Assembly: GCA_951406725.2 (NCBI GenBank)
Contig: OX597837.1
Location: 18,352,001 to 18,416,000 of the forward strand
Length of the DNA: 64,000 nt
Source of the DNA: Octopus vulgaris
Lineage: Eukaryota
Direction of reading: 5' to 3'
Part shown: positions 38,821 through 52,824 of the stretch, in pieces
Layout of the letters: the number at the start of each line of letters is the position of its first letter
Numbering within the stretch: position 1 is the stretch's first letter
Program-made: the position numbers and the translations under genes
Notes under the pieces: model-generated
Databases searched by the model: none
Told to the model about the DNA's origin: nothing
What the model saw: only the letters and a program-made list of their open reading frames with translations

Positions 38821-41030
38821 GTAACTAAAAATTCTAACACCAACTGGATTATTATCATTATCATGATATTATTTATTTCACCTGTTGTTCTGTGTTCAAA
38901 TTCCACTGTGGTCAACTTTGCCTTTCATCCTTTTGGGGGTTGATAAAATATGTACCAGTTGAACACTAGGGTTGATGTCATTGACTCATCCCCTCCCTCA
39001 AAATTGCTGCCCTTGTGGCAAAATTTGAAACCATTATTATTATTATTATTATTATTTAGGCAGTGCGCTGGCTGAATTGTTAACACATTGGGGTAGTGAT
39101 ATTTCACCCATCACTACATTCTGAGTTCAAATTTCAGTGTGGTCAACTTTGCCTTTCATCCTTTCAGGGTTGATAAATTAAATACCAGTTACGCACTTGT
39201 TTTTGAAATCTGCAGACAAAACTACATAAAACACACCATATAATATCCCTGATGAAAATTGGCTGTTGACCAGTGTAATATTAAGTGTTGTCTATTTAGC
39301 CCCAGTTCAGCCAAAGATTCAGGAGTTGATTTATTGCATAATATTTGTAAACAAGTGAAGGCACATGGCCTAGTGGTTAGGTTGTTGCACTCATGATTTC
39401 CAGGTTGTGGGTTTGCTTTCCAGACTGGGCAGTGCATTGTGTTCTTGAGCAAAGCACTTCATGTTCCTCCATCCTTCTTTTTCATCAGGGGAGAATGTTG
39501 GCCAGCAGGATGGCATCATTTGAAGGCTAGAACTGTGCAAAATGTATTGTGACCAGCAATGTGTAATATCTGATATTCTGGCAGATCATTTGGTTACACG
39601 GTGGATTTTTAAGCAAGCATCACTGTTACACAAGCAGTGTCTTGCATTTCTAATTTCCTGTGTAAAAATGTCTTCTTATAGGGAATATTAACCTTGCTTG
39701 AAAATTGGTGAAGGTTGTCAACAGGAAGGGCATTCAGCCATAGAAATTTTGCCTCAACAAATTCCATCTGACTGATGCAAGTACGGAAAAGTGGACATGT
39801 TGATGATGATTTCTCTTCTTCCAAGATGATGGCCTGAATTAAATACTATCATCATTATCGTTATTATAATGACAATGAGGGAAGCATACCATTCAATGTC
39901 TTACTCTGTTAACAGTCACACTTGTTGCAACTGTTGCTTCTTTAGAATTCCAAGTTGCGACAGCTGAATCTGAAGCTGGTATCCATATTTCAAAAAAGTT
40001 AAATTGTAGAAAAGATGTGGAAAGAATAGAAAAGAGTTTATCAGATTAAAATATTTATTTTTTTTATGGTGACTTCACGATGCAATAATGGAATCTATGT
40101 TGATATTTTGATATAAATTTAACTAACCTCAAGAACTTTAATATTCTGTAGTGACTGGTAGTAATTAGCTGGCTGGTAATGAAAGGGTATAGCTGAAAGT
40201 ATTTTTTTCAAATTTTTGTAAAAATCTATTTATCAAATAGACTATTAACTGTATCTCAGTATATTACTAGTACATGTGTGTGTGCATATATGTATTTGTA
40301 TGTAAATATACATACACATATCAAATTCAACTCCTTTAGCTCATAAATGCTGCACTACATGATATTGAACATTATCTATCCACCTCTCTCTCTCAACATA
40401 ACCTGAATATTGTGCTGTTTTCTTTCTTTTCCAAACTTGTATATTTGCATAATGAACAGGGTTTTTTTTTCTCCACAATCCACCAACTGCAGTGTATAAC
40501 TGGAACCCCGAGAAAAGTTGTATAGTTTCATGTCAATTCTGATCAAAAGTGTTTAAATCTGGATCCTGGCCATCTTTTAGTGTGTATTTCTTTTTTCTAA
40601 GATGGTAGAATATAATTTGGAGGAGATTTGGCTGCTTTTTCTAGATGGGCTGGCAACCTCATAGAGGCATTCTCATTTGGGGAAATGCAGTTTTGTGTTG
40701 TGTTCTTGAACAAATGATATATAATAAAAACAAATATAGTTGTTTTATATTCAAGAGATGAGGAATTATGTACATCATTTACATTTGATGGATATTTGTC
40801 CTCATCTTGTTTGTTATTAACAAAATGTTTTTTCGGCTGATATACCCTCCAGCCTCCATCAGGTGTCTTGTAAATAATGTAAATCTAGTTGTGTTTGAAC
40901 CCCCCTTTCTCCAACGTTCTTGGTCAGTCCAGCATTTTACAACCATCCTTCTTCAGAAGAACTTTGATGCTGGAGAATTGTGCCAAGAACTTACTGTTGT
41001 TTTTAATGATATTTGTTTCTTTATTTGTAG

Positions 41031-41164
41031 ACAAAACCAAAACACCTGTGGACTTGGATGATATTGAGGATGAAGGGTTGCCAAAGATCAGTCTTCAAGA
41101 GATGCTGGAAGATTTGGTGCTTAGTGATCCAACAGGAGAAGCTGGTGCTGATATGGTTACATAG
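41031..41164 (+). CDS. NMD3: NMD3 terminal coding exon 15
   Basis: KTKTPVDLDDIEDEGLPKISLQEMLEDLVLSDPTGEAGADMVT*; Leu-rich NES (ISLxEMLEDLxL). All exons sum to 1509 nt in frame. Confidence 0.97.
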
Positions 41165-41446
41165 TGGCATTGAACTTTGTCCTTTTACAGCCGCTCATGC
41201 TCACAACATGCACTCCTACAGACACACAATATGCATTCACATATCTCACATATATTTATCCCACAACAGATATGGCCAACATACACAAGCCTCCTCTCAG
41301 ATGCACACCCATATATAAATGTGTTGGCTGGAATTGGTGAAGCCTTGAAGTGTACAGAGACTCTCTTATGTTTACAGCTTTGTTAATCTGGAATTATAAT
41401 GAAAACATTTGATAATTTTTGCATGAATTATGACTAAAATTCTGTA

Positions 41447-41452
41447 ATTAAA
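41447..41452 (+). terminator. Candidate NMD3 polyadenylation signal ATTAAA
   Basis: First A(A/T)TAAA I found after the stop; followed by T-rich sequence. Not verified. Confidence 0.35.
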
Positions 41453-44400
41453 GCTTGTTAAATGGTTGAAGTCTTTAAATATTATTTTAAATGATTCAAG
41501 AATTTTCGAAGCATTGATTTGTTAATTTAACATAGTTGGTTAATTTAACTAAGAATCCAACACAATCACATCAGTCAACCATTACTCACATTATCAAAGC
41601 TGTGACAGTTCTTTCAACCCATCATCTGCTGCATCAACTGACCTACTTCTGAATTGGTACTCTAGGTGTGGTTGTGTTTGATGGTGGAGAAGTGGTTTAG
41701 CTCTCTTGCTAGTCCAGTTCAAGCAAGCCTACTATCAAAGGTATTCCACTCATCACTATGCCATCTTTTTTTTTTAATATGTATGACTACATTGTCATAT
41801 CTTTTTCAGATTCGGCTGGTATCTCTAACATGTCAAACAACCTGGTATAGGCTCCCTTTCATGAGCTCAAAACTAGTCATAATTTTATCTGCTGTGTTCT
41901 GATCAAATCTGAGCTACTAGTAAGGAAATTGGTGCTGACAACACCAATTTACCTTCCAGTCTATTTCCCAGTTAACATTCTATTTACTAGATTATATTAA
42001 CATGATCATCTCAAATCCTGCCAGTATTTCAGTCCACATTTATTACAACTGAGTTTATGGCAGAAGAAATCTTGCTGCTTGAATAGTTTGGCCACACCTT
42101 ACAGTCTTTTATTTAACTAAGATATTTTCCTACATATTTTTTGTAGGTATCTTTTCCTCATTCTTTTTCTATTTTCTTTTTTGTTGTTCAGTGGATTTAT
42201 TTTTGGATGGTAAATCTTTATACACATGTATGATGTAAGCATTCATGTAAAATATCAGTTTCTTCATGTCGACAAGAGACGGTGAGTTTCTTAAGGCCAG
42301 AGTCTGTTCTTATTTATTTGGAGTTACTGTCTTCTTAGACTGGCTAGGAACCATATCTTATTTGTATATTACATTTTGCACAATTGCTATGATTCAACCA
42401 TTTCACAGGAGCATACTGGGTGTATTTTATCATGGCATAAGCACAAGGGAATTGCTTTGGTCCTCTACATTGTCACTGATTATTCACCAGCACTAAGGAG
42501 ATTGTGTTACCCTCAGCAAAGCTACAGAAAATTTTCTTTCTGTTTGTTCCTATCTTTCACATACAACTAAGTGGAAAGAGCAGAAGAGGGTAATAGAGAG
42601 TGATAGGTGCAAGAAGGTGGTAGAGGAGAGAGAGTTATCTATAGCTACATGATAGATGTTGGGATAAAGTAATCGAATGGAAACTACAAGGGTAAGGGAG
42701 ATTTTGTGTAAATATTAGATACCTCCAATGTGTGTTTGACTCAGAATTTGCTAAGGCAGAATAATGGATGTCAAGAGAAGTAGAAATCGAGAAGGGAGTA
42801 ATGAAAAGGAGAATGTAACAAAGATGGTTGGTGGCAAGGCAACAGTATGAACATACTAGTTAGGAGAGACCGAGATACACCCTAACCTTCATCATCATCA
42901 CCACCATCGTTTTATGTTTGCATATGTTGGGCAGGTTTTCTCCAGTACCTCTTCACCATTTGTTGGTGTCCTTTGTCATATATGTGCAGGCATGGCCATG
43001 TGGTAAGAAGTTTGCTTCCTAACCACATGGTTCTGGGTTCAGTTCTACTGTGTGACACGTTGGTTAAGTATCTTCTACTTTAGCAAGGTACTTTCCATAG
43101 TATTTCCGAAGTGCAGATTCCAAGTTAGGTGAGCAGATTATAAATAAGTAACAAAGATGTACAGGTGTCAATTGACACCTGTACATTCTTGTTAATTATA
43201 TATATTTTATATATATATATATGTGTGTGTGTGTCTATGTTTGTCATCCGCCATTGTTAATGTGTTTACATCTTCATAACTTAGTGGTTCAGCAAAAGAG
43301 TGTGACAGAATAAGTACCAGGCTTCAAAAAAATAAATCCTGGGGTCGATTCATTTGACTAAAGATTCTTCAAGGTGGCTCCCCAGCATGGTTGCAGTCTA
43401 ATGACTGAAACAAATAAAGATAGAGGGCATCCTTCATAAGGTTGAACCTTTTGGGATCAACCTTGTCTGCTTCTTTCCATGTATTCCACAGGTTCTGTCT
43501 AAATGAGATGCTTGGCACTTCATATGCAGACATTCTGTCCATACACATTACATACCATGTCCATACCAGCATTGTCAAATCTTATTACATCTGACTCCTG
43601 ATTGCTTTGGACACACTTCCAGAACTTAGTTTCACTGAGGAGAGCAGCTGTCAAGAATCATATATTGCCAGTCATCTTGGTCCTTTGTCATCTCTTCCTT
43701 GTGTTTCAAGGTCCTGAGATCAGCCTTCACCACTTTGTCCTATGTATTCCTGGGTCTCTCTCTTCCACAAATTCCACATATTAAGTGATTGGCACTTATT
43801 TATACAGCTGCCCTCATCCATGCCACACCCTACAAATGATACCTCTTCCACCCAGTTTTTCCCTCAGCACATTTGTACTGTCATTCATTGCTCATTTCCT
43901 TTCTTTCCAGTCTTCTCAAGTCCTCTGCATCTGAAGCCTATGTCTTATTACTATGCAGCATTGCACTTCTAACACACATACAATCTACCCTTCTGAGCAA
44001 GAAGACCTTTGTTGCTGGCAGAGACAGTAGCTCCCTGAACTTTGTTTAACCTGTTATACTGTGAGAACCACTACCTTCCTTGCTAAATACATCTATGCCA
44101 GCTTACATTCTATGTTCGTTTACCTGTGATTCCACTACACCTTCTGTGTGCCCATAACTTACAATGGGTACAGTATATGTAGTTTATTCTACCTCCTTTT
44201 TTGCATATTGAGCAAGGCCGTTTTTCTGAAGGTATCAGGGTTTTCTTTCCTAATTACTGAAAATTTTGTATCCTAGTTATTTTTTAGAGTGCCTAGTTTC
44301 CTTAGAGACTTCCAAATTCTTGAACACAGTTCCCTGTGATATGCCTTCTTCAAGTTGACGAATGTCAGGAATAGTGGATTACACTTAGTCAAGTACTTTG

Positions 44401-46165
44401 CAGTTGCTTCACTAGGAAGTTTGCAGCCATGATACTTTTGAGCATTAATAAAGATGCATTTCATCTGAGTCTACTTTTTTCATGGGGCGATTGTGCAATA
44501 GTTCTCTCCAAGACCTTTATAATCTGATCCACTAGTTTGGTCCTCTATAATTTTCTCCATCTGTGGTTAAAAGATTACTTCTCAACCACATGGTTTCAGG
44601 TTCAGTCCTGTTTTGCAGCACCTTTGGCAAGTATCTTCTATTGTAATTCCAGGCTGACCAAGCCTCACAAGTGAATTTGGTTGATGGAAACTGAAAGAAG
44701 CCCTTACATATATGTATATATGATGATTGCTTCATCTTGACAGATGATAGCCGTCCCATCAACACTCATACCCAACCACACAGCATATTCCCTCTGTTGA
44801 TGAGCCCTCAGATGACTTAAGACTAGCTGCTGACTGACAGGGTTTAAAATACAAGTGTGCGTGCGTATATATATTTATTTATTTATATGCAGTTATATTT
44901 GTTTATACCATGCCCCTAAGTTATTTATATTTGACATGCAATCACTGATGACTTGATATGATCTGTTTATAAGATATTTCCTTAGATGATCTATTATGAT
45001 ATATTATTAATGAAGTATATAAAAATATATCTCCACACTTGTTTCTCATTTGTGCTCTGTGTTCAAAAATACTGGAATGAAACTATAGCAAGAAGCCTGG
45101 AATACTCCTTTACTCACATATGGATCTTTTGAAATATAATTGAATGTGTGGAAGCCTAAATACTGATTGTGTGTGTGTGTTTACCCCTGCATTCTATGAA
45201 TATTGCTGTTCTATAAGTGGTGATGATGTCCTTTCCCCTGTCAACAAATAATCCACAAATTTTTGCAGCTTCAAAGATGTAACAGATAAAGGATCTCTTA
45301 CTTGATAAACAGCAAAGCATCTGTTTGTAAAACTGTGCTTCAATAATATATCTAACCCATGCCAATGTAGAACAGTGAATGTAAAATTAACAAAAATCTT
45401 TCAGAAAACATTGCCAAGAAAGCAAAAGACAAAAAATGGAGATGGTGGGGTTTCCCTTGCAACATTTGCTGTGTTCAGTAACTTATTCCTTTGCCATTCT
45501 CTTTGTCAGAACCAATGATTGGCTGTTGGAAACACTACTGTTAACAGGTCGTGATGTAAAAAGAAAGAATATATTTTATGTCATGCATTTTAGGAACAAA
45601 AGCATTGTTAGTGAGAAATAATAAGGTGACAATTTGTTTTACATTTGTATTAATAAGGCACTGGATTCATGAAGAAAGATTTGGTAACAGAAGTGACAAC
45701 ACTTTGTAGCAACGTTTGTAGAGTACAAGCAATCATTTGCAGCTTTCAGTTTCTATCTTAACAAACTCATTCACAAAGCTCATCAGACACCTGCAGAAGG
45801 TGTCTTGCAGTGAGTCTGAAGCAGAGAACATGTGGTTGGCAAACAATCTTCTCAACCACATATAGCCATACCTGCACCTAAAAATATACATATTGTTGGA
45901 GTGCCTCAACAAACTCAAGTAAGCACAGCAATTTATACACATTTTAAAATGTGTGTCTTTTGCCAATGTGTTAAAAAAATTCTGTATAAAATATTGTTTA
46001 TAGTTACATCGGAGTCATGCCCAACCGTAGTAAAGTAAACACCATAGTGTTATTGCTGATCTCAGGAATAACAAAATTATGGTGTTTATTTTTTGAAGGT
46101 TGGTCATTACTCTATAATTGTAAACAATATATTATACAGAATATTTTTTGAATTTATATCGAATA

Positions 46166-47754
46166 CTAGTATTATGACCCGGCAACACTGGGTCATAGTA
46201 CTAGTGCATGTATATATGTGTACATATTACATGTACATCTATATATATACATCTACACATAAACTACAAAATACAAAGTTATATCTTGATATCGCTAGTG
46301 ATAACAATACTCAAAATATATAACAGACTGGAATTGTAGGCCCATCTCTTGCAATTTCGATCAATTGTATCTTGTCCTCCCTCTTGTATAGAAGTGTGGC
46401 TACAATCCAGCCTACCTCTACTTCTGGGGGGACATTTTTAATTTTTATCCGGGACATCCTACGTCCCAGATATAAAGGTAAAAATTAAATATTTCCACTT
46501 TGCAAGGTTCGAGTCGAGTACTCCCTTGCACGCTCCGTTGACTCGAACTTTGCTTCTATTGTGGCAAATTTACCACCTCTGGTTAGATACTTGATACCTT
46601 TTATAGTCGCACCAAGACACTTTTCGATGGTGCTTTCCTCCAGGTGTTCAAATCTTTTTTTTTTCTCTATATTGTATACTTTATAGACAATAGTCTTTTC
46701 TTTAATTTAATTTTTTATTTCATTTGGTGGTGTTATCCTAGATTCACCGTCTTTGTCGGTGATCAATCCGAAATAGATTTGTATTTCTTCCATTTCAATT
46801 TTAATGAGTTTGTGCCCGCCGACAGCTGCAGTGAAACTCATTTTTGGACTTTCTTCTATTGAAGGCATTTTAACAAAAATGCTTCCGTATAAACAGTGAA
46901 AATATTGTCAGTTTCCCCAAACAGGGACAATTCAATTTTTAAACAATCAAAGCTCCTTCTCACAAAGGGGGAGGGTTACGGTTTACAATTATTTAACAAA
47001 TGCAACACAACAACGCTTCCCTTACGAGGAACCAACAAACGTGATAACAATAGTTAAACAGTAATAATAATAACAACAAACCTTACGGTGAATCAAAAAG
47101 CAGTACGCAGTTGAAGCTATAGTCCTTTATGTATAAGAAATAAACCAACAGCAGTACTCAGTAGAAGCAGCTGTTCGAGAAAACAGACATTACATACAGC
47201 CAAACTTCATATAGATACTTAATGCTAGCTAATTAGCAGATAATCTAATGTAAAAGCCGTGGTAGAGGGTATGTGCAGAGCTCCATCTGGACTATTCCAT
47301 TTCTGCGCATTTTATTTTTAATTTATTCCCATTCATGTGAAACCACTTGTTCAAGTCATTGATGCAATTTTATACCAATTGCCATTTTTACTTTTAATTG
47401 TTATGTTACGATTTAATTATTATATTATACTTTAGTTTGATTTTAATTATTACTTACTACATATAATTCAATTGTTATTATTATCTCTAATTTTTATTGT
47501 TAAAGTGAAAGTATCTGACATAAAATAGAGAAATGTTTTTGTTTCACTTTTAACACGTAATACTGAAATAGTGGAGAAGATATGATATTGCTATGGGCTT
47601 GCCCTAGGCAAGAAGTTGAACATTTTTTTACCATGACACTCCCCAGACCCTAAGTAAGGCATGTGTAAAATTTGAATGAAATTGGTTGTGTGGTTCTCAA
47701 GTTTTAGGGAAACACAGACAGACACACATTCTCAGTTTTATATATATATAGAGA
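46166..47754 (-). mobile_element. Non-autonomous Helitron, copy 2 (intergenic)
   Basis: Colinear and highly similar to 13116-14683, with different flanks; 5' TC and 3' CTAG, inserted between A and T. Confidence 0.9.
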
Positions 47755-49071
47755 TTGAATTTAAGCATCCTTCATACAGTGAGGTCTCCTGTGTAACTTC
47801 TGTTTGTAACGTTTTGCATCACGTGGCTTCATTTAATTCAAACTTTGGAAATAATATGGATAGAAAACAAATTATATTTCTAAGTTCATTCAAATCTTAT
47901 TTTCAGTATTATTTGAAGCACACAGTACTTTGTTAGAAATATGCTCAAGAATTAAAGACCTAGTACTATTGATTGAATATCAGATTGAAAAAATACTCAT
48001 CTTTGACTAGTTATTGTATAAATCTGTGTTGTATAATGATGTCATATTTAATCTCATCTCTAGAAGGATTTACAATGATAAATTACTACGTATTTTGAGA
48101 GGCAGATGGTATCTTTTATGTCAGTTGTTACTTAGTGTGTATTTATGTTTCAAAGAGGTGAGTTATGCACTCATGGCCTTTTCATGCTGTTTCAGAAATA
48201 TCATCATCTGTGAATTTCATTTGACCAGAAAACATTAGCTTGCTGCTTGTGTATAGGAAATACCAAATATGATACAAAAGTCACCAACTTTCTTGTGTAG
48301 TGGTCTAAAACTTGCAATATTAAATTGCGGTTGATCTATTTGGAGTTGAGAATAACTGATACATGAATATTGTGGTTGAAGAAGAATGACTAATGTGTAT
48401 GTGTCCCCTATAAACTCTTGCAATGCGGCAATAAAAGCCATTAGTTTGTAGAATGACAAGTGCTATGTTATGATCTTGATACAAGGCAGTGTAATTGCAC
48501 AAAACTGATGAAAGAGTTTAAAAGAAATGATGTTAATGCTGTATGAAGCCCATCTTGTGTCAACTGGATTTTGAAGAAGACATTTTTTAGCTTTAAACAG
48601 AACAATTTAATATTCTCTGACTTGATGCCATTAACTTCACAGTTTGCTAAATTGACATGTATAAAGTCAAAGGGCTCTGCTTCAGAGACCTGAATGTTTA
48701 TATGGATTTGCAGCTATGGATTGATACTCCAATATCTTATACACTTAGCCTCTTTGTCTAAATAGCAAGGGAATAATTTAGTAATGGAATAAGGAATGAG
48801 CTAGAATTAACATTGTACCAGTAACTAGACAAAGGTACATAACTCTACTTGCTTCAGTTTACCTGGTTGACAACAGCAGGTCCCCCACTTATGGAGGTCA
48901 ATTGGCCTCCAGTAGGAAGGATAGGTGTCCAGCTGTGAAAAATGTTTCAGACACTATACATATGTCTAAATTTGCAAACTCATTTCATCTAGAACATTAT
49001 GCAAACATTGTATCTATTTAATGATAACATCAATAGTGTTTAGTGTTTCTTGCATCAACCAACTTGATTCT

Positions 49072-49251
49072 CTAACAGTCCTCTGTTTGTCTTGACATTT
49101 CATTGTTGGGTTTGTCTTCTTCTTTCTGATGTTGCTGTTCTTCTGGTTCTTTTTCAACTCCATCTTCCTTCACTGTTTCAATGCAGTCTGTTATGGTGAT
49201 AAAAATGTTGGGATTCTTAAACTGAAATACTATTGGAAGTTCTGGCATACC
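49072..49251 (-). CDS. SUFU: SUFU-like terminal exon
   Basis: Pyrimidine tract then ttag|GMPELPIVFQFKNPNIFITITDCIETVKEDGVEKEPEEQQHQKEEDKPNNEMSRQTEDC*; aligns with human KLPKEYSWPEKKLKVSI; phase 0. Confidence 0.8.
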   Translation of the reverse strand, partial: GMPELPIVFQFKNPNIFITITDCIETVKEDGVEKEPEEQQHQKEEDKPNNEMSRQTEDC

Positions 49252-51717
49252 CTAATGGAGAGACAGAGAGAGAGAAAAATATTTAAAAAATTTTAGAATA
49301 GAAGTTCTGCCCACCACCACCATCATTCTTTACATTCACATTGCTTAGAAGGATGGTCATGGTGAGAGGCAAAAGTTATATATCATTGCTTTCTATTATC
49401 AATCTTGTCATTTGATCTAACTCTTAATTAAGTCCACTTTTACTAACTGTCTACCATTGGATTGTATTGAATTTATTTGATGCATGAAATTTAATACAAA
49501 ACATTGGAGTAAAAATTAGGAGGATGTTGGGGTGCATTGTATAAAAAAAGGAGAGGATAAAATGCATGTATTACTGATTTTTAGGTACAAAAACATGGTT
49601 GCATTATTTCCAAGATAGTATTATACTTGCAGTTTCTTGTTGTATTCTAAAATACAGCAGTTTCTAAAATGTCATGGTGTCAGATTGAGAGAAATGGATC
49701 TCTGTCACAAAATCTATTAGAAGGAGGAATCAAAATATATGTCCTGTTTGTAGAAGAAGGGGAGGAAAAAGTTGTTGAAGGAGAAATACAGTGAGAGAGT
49801 GTGTGAAAGATAGCTAGATAGATAGGTAGTGTTATCACCACAGTAACTGACAAATTTTGATTTAAAATGTGGGAATTTTAAGTGCAAGTCTGTCAACACA
49901 ATGCAGCACACTTCACACTTCAGAAAGGTTATATGTATATACATTATATATATATATATATATAGTTATTATTTTTGATTGTGTGTGTTTCTGTGTCTTT
50001 CAATTTATAGACAACACAGACTTTAAGAAAAGACTTTCATTTTAAAAAATTTATGAAGGTACATGCATGATTAACAAATATTTTTACTGGCAGTATTGCA
50101 ATGGGTAACGACCTAATCTTTATAATTCTGTGATGAAGTCTTGCTTAACCCCTTTTTTTAAATACTCACATCCCTGACACTTGCCTTTACTAAAGTTTTC
50201 ATATTAAAATGAAAATTTTATCAAAATAGTGTAATTATAGATGTGACTGCAGTCTGTCTCAATTTAATATTTGCTGAAGATCTGATGCCAATAACTTGAT
50301 AGTTTGGTGAATTAAGATATAAAAAGTAAATATTGGCAAAAATTTAGCCCAACACTCAACTGATTTTGTCCTTTGATACTAACAACAATACTAACACCAC
50401 TTATAATAACTACAATGGTTTTACATTTTGGCACAAGGCCAGAAATTTGTGGGAAGAGGTTAGTTGAGAGAAATACAGTGATCAACTGGTACTTATTTTA
50501 TCAAAAGAATGAAAAGGAAGACTTGACTGGTACTTTATTTTAACAAAATTGAAAAGACAAAATGCAGTTAATCTCATCAAGATTTGGATATGGCATGTAA
50601 ATGAACAAAATTAAATACCACAAATTATATCACCAAAACACTGGTGATGGTGCCATGTATAAAGCGCCGAGTACATTCTGTAAAATGGTTGGCATTAGGA
50701 AGGATATCCAGCCATAAAATCAAGCCAAACAGACTATGGAATCTGGTGTGGCCCCTGACTTTCCAGTTCCTGTGAAGCCATCCAACCCATGCTAGCATGG
50801 AAAATAGAAATTAAATGTTGATAATGATGATGATGATGAAAGCATTTTGTCCAGTTCTCTATGTTAGTGTGACTTATGATTCAATGATAAGCATGTGAAA
50901 ATTATACATGATTATGGTGATTATTGAATTGGAGTAAACTAGTTTTTTAAGAGAGAAACCAAATGGTGAACTCTTCTGGCAATCTGACACTTAACATAGT
51001 AAAGATACCATCACAAAAATTAACCTTCCTCTTCAGCTCCCAAATGTCACTAACCTTTGATAAAATTCAAGAGACACCCACCCAGAACAGAATGCTGCTT
51101 TCAATCAGGAGTATCAGGAATGGTGCTACTGTTACTAAACATGCAAATATTTCTAGACTAGTGTTCTTTAAAGGAGTGGAGGGGAACCTAAGAGGAATCT
51201 GAGAGTCAGGCAAACTGCCTTGTTTAATAATATTAAGATGGTTTAAAATTTTTTAAACTTATCCATTACCTTGGCACAAGAAAGATTGTAGGGAAAGAAA
51301 CTCTATTTTGTGTATTTCTTCAGTAAAAAAAAGTGTGGAATTTTACTATATTTTGGTGCATGGGGGTACTTAAGAATCACTACCCTAGACAACATCAAAA
51401 TTGTTTTAAAAAGCCACCTATTTGATTGGTGTGGAATTGCTCACCAACACACTCCAACTCCTGATCTACTTCACTCTGCCCTGTCTGGCATTACTACTGT
51501 TATCTCTGCTCCTAGAAGTTACCTTATCTTATTCTACATCCACTTGAATCCAAAAGACACTCATTTATCTCTTCTCTCATCGCCTATATTATGTTGACTA
51601 CCTCAAGCTCTGCATTGACTATATTTTGTAGTCCTTCCTTATATTCAAGTTATGAACTACTCCTATAAACTAAACAAGGAAAAGTTTTTGTAATAGATAA
51701 GTTGTGTGTAAAGTTAC

Positions 51718-51786
51718 CTCATCTAAATGTTCAAATATCTCCACTTCTTCTTCCATTTTCTCAATAAGATTTTGTGGACAATAAAT
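51718..51786 (-). CDS. SUFU: SUFU-like penultimate exon
   Basis: ttccag|IYCPQNLIEKMEEEVEIFEHLDE|gtaact; compare human ILLTEEFVEKMLEDLEDL. Confidence 0.85.
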
Positions 51787-51890
51787 CTGGAAAAATAAAA
51801 TAAATTATTACTACAAAATTATTTCCACAATCATTAGACAGTGTCATTGTTGTCACCATCATCTTTTAAGAAATATTTCTTTCTGTGCTC

Positions 51891-52824
51891 GTTAAGCACT
51901 GATCAGCCTTTATTATTCTGATCTATAATTAAAGGTTTTCCAATTCTATCAATCAGATCTTATCTAAGAGTGAAAGTGCATGGCTCAGTGTTTAGAGCAT
52001 TAGACTCACAATCATGAGGTAGTGAATTCGATTCCTGGATCAGGTTAACATTCCTTTGATATTTCTGCACCTCTTATGTGTCCATAGCTTACACCAGGTA
52101 TATCTTATGGAGTTTCTACCTACATCTTTTCTAGAGATTGAGCAGGGCCATCTACTTGAAGGTATATATTCATTGTAGCTTAATGTTTTGTTTTTTAATG
52201 ATATTACCACAACTTCTTAAGTTATCATTAGTTTGCCTCTGCTTTTGCCAGCCACCATCATTGACTTGTGGTACATTACACGTCTGTATAAGCAACTTCC
52301 TACAGGTGAGCCAATGAAGGGGCCTCTGTACAGTAACTCAAAGAGCAGCTAAATTCTCTCTACCATCTTAAAAAAGGAAGGATATATTAGCCAATGTAGT
52401 CTTAGATAAATAAAAAAAGGGTAAAGACCCCACTTCAGTCATGAATGACCATGGGGTTGCATCTTGAAAGTTACAAGTCAGGGCAATGTTGTTTATGCAA
52501 GACCAGCAGCTGCCCATGCATACCAGCCTCGCCTCTTCATTCCACCAATTTTATCCAAGAGAAAGGTGAAGGCCGATACAGCTTGGCACCAGTGATGTCA
52601 CAACTCGTTCCTACACCTGAATGGACAGAGCAATGTGAATTAAAGTGTCTTGCTCAAGAACACAACACACAGCCCGATCCAGAAATTGAATTCACTACCT
52701 CATGATTGTGAGTCTAATGCTCTAAACACAGCCATGCACTTTCACTCTTAGATAAGATCTGATTGACAGAGTTGCAAAGCCTTTAATTATAGATCAGGAT
52801 AATAAAGGCTGATTAGTGCTTAAC
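51891..52824. repeat. Inverted repeat with ~153-bp arms (51891-52044 / 52673-52824)
   Basis: GTTAAGCACTGATCAGCC...CAATCAGATCTTATCTAAGAGTGAAAGTGCATGGCT...TTCCTGGATC is mirrored at 52673-52824; roughly 90% identical by eye. Confidence 0.9.

Noticed and set aside
10328-41030. Intronic snoRNAs in NMD3
   Set aside because: The TGATGA motifs I inspected belong to retroposon tails or lack a D box with terminal stem; H/ACA RNAs cannot be judged by eye.
48000-48760. Possible hAT remnant (PVDTRWASY on minus)
   Set aside because: Only one short motif, too degenerate to call.
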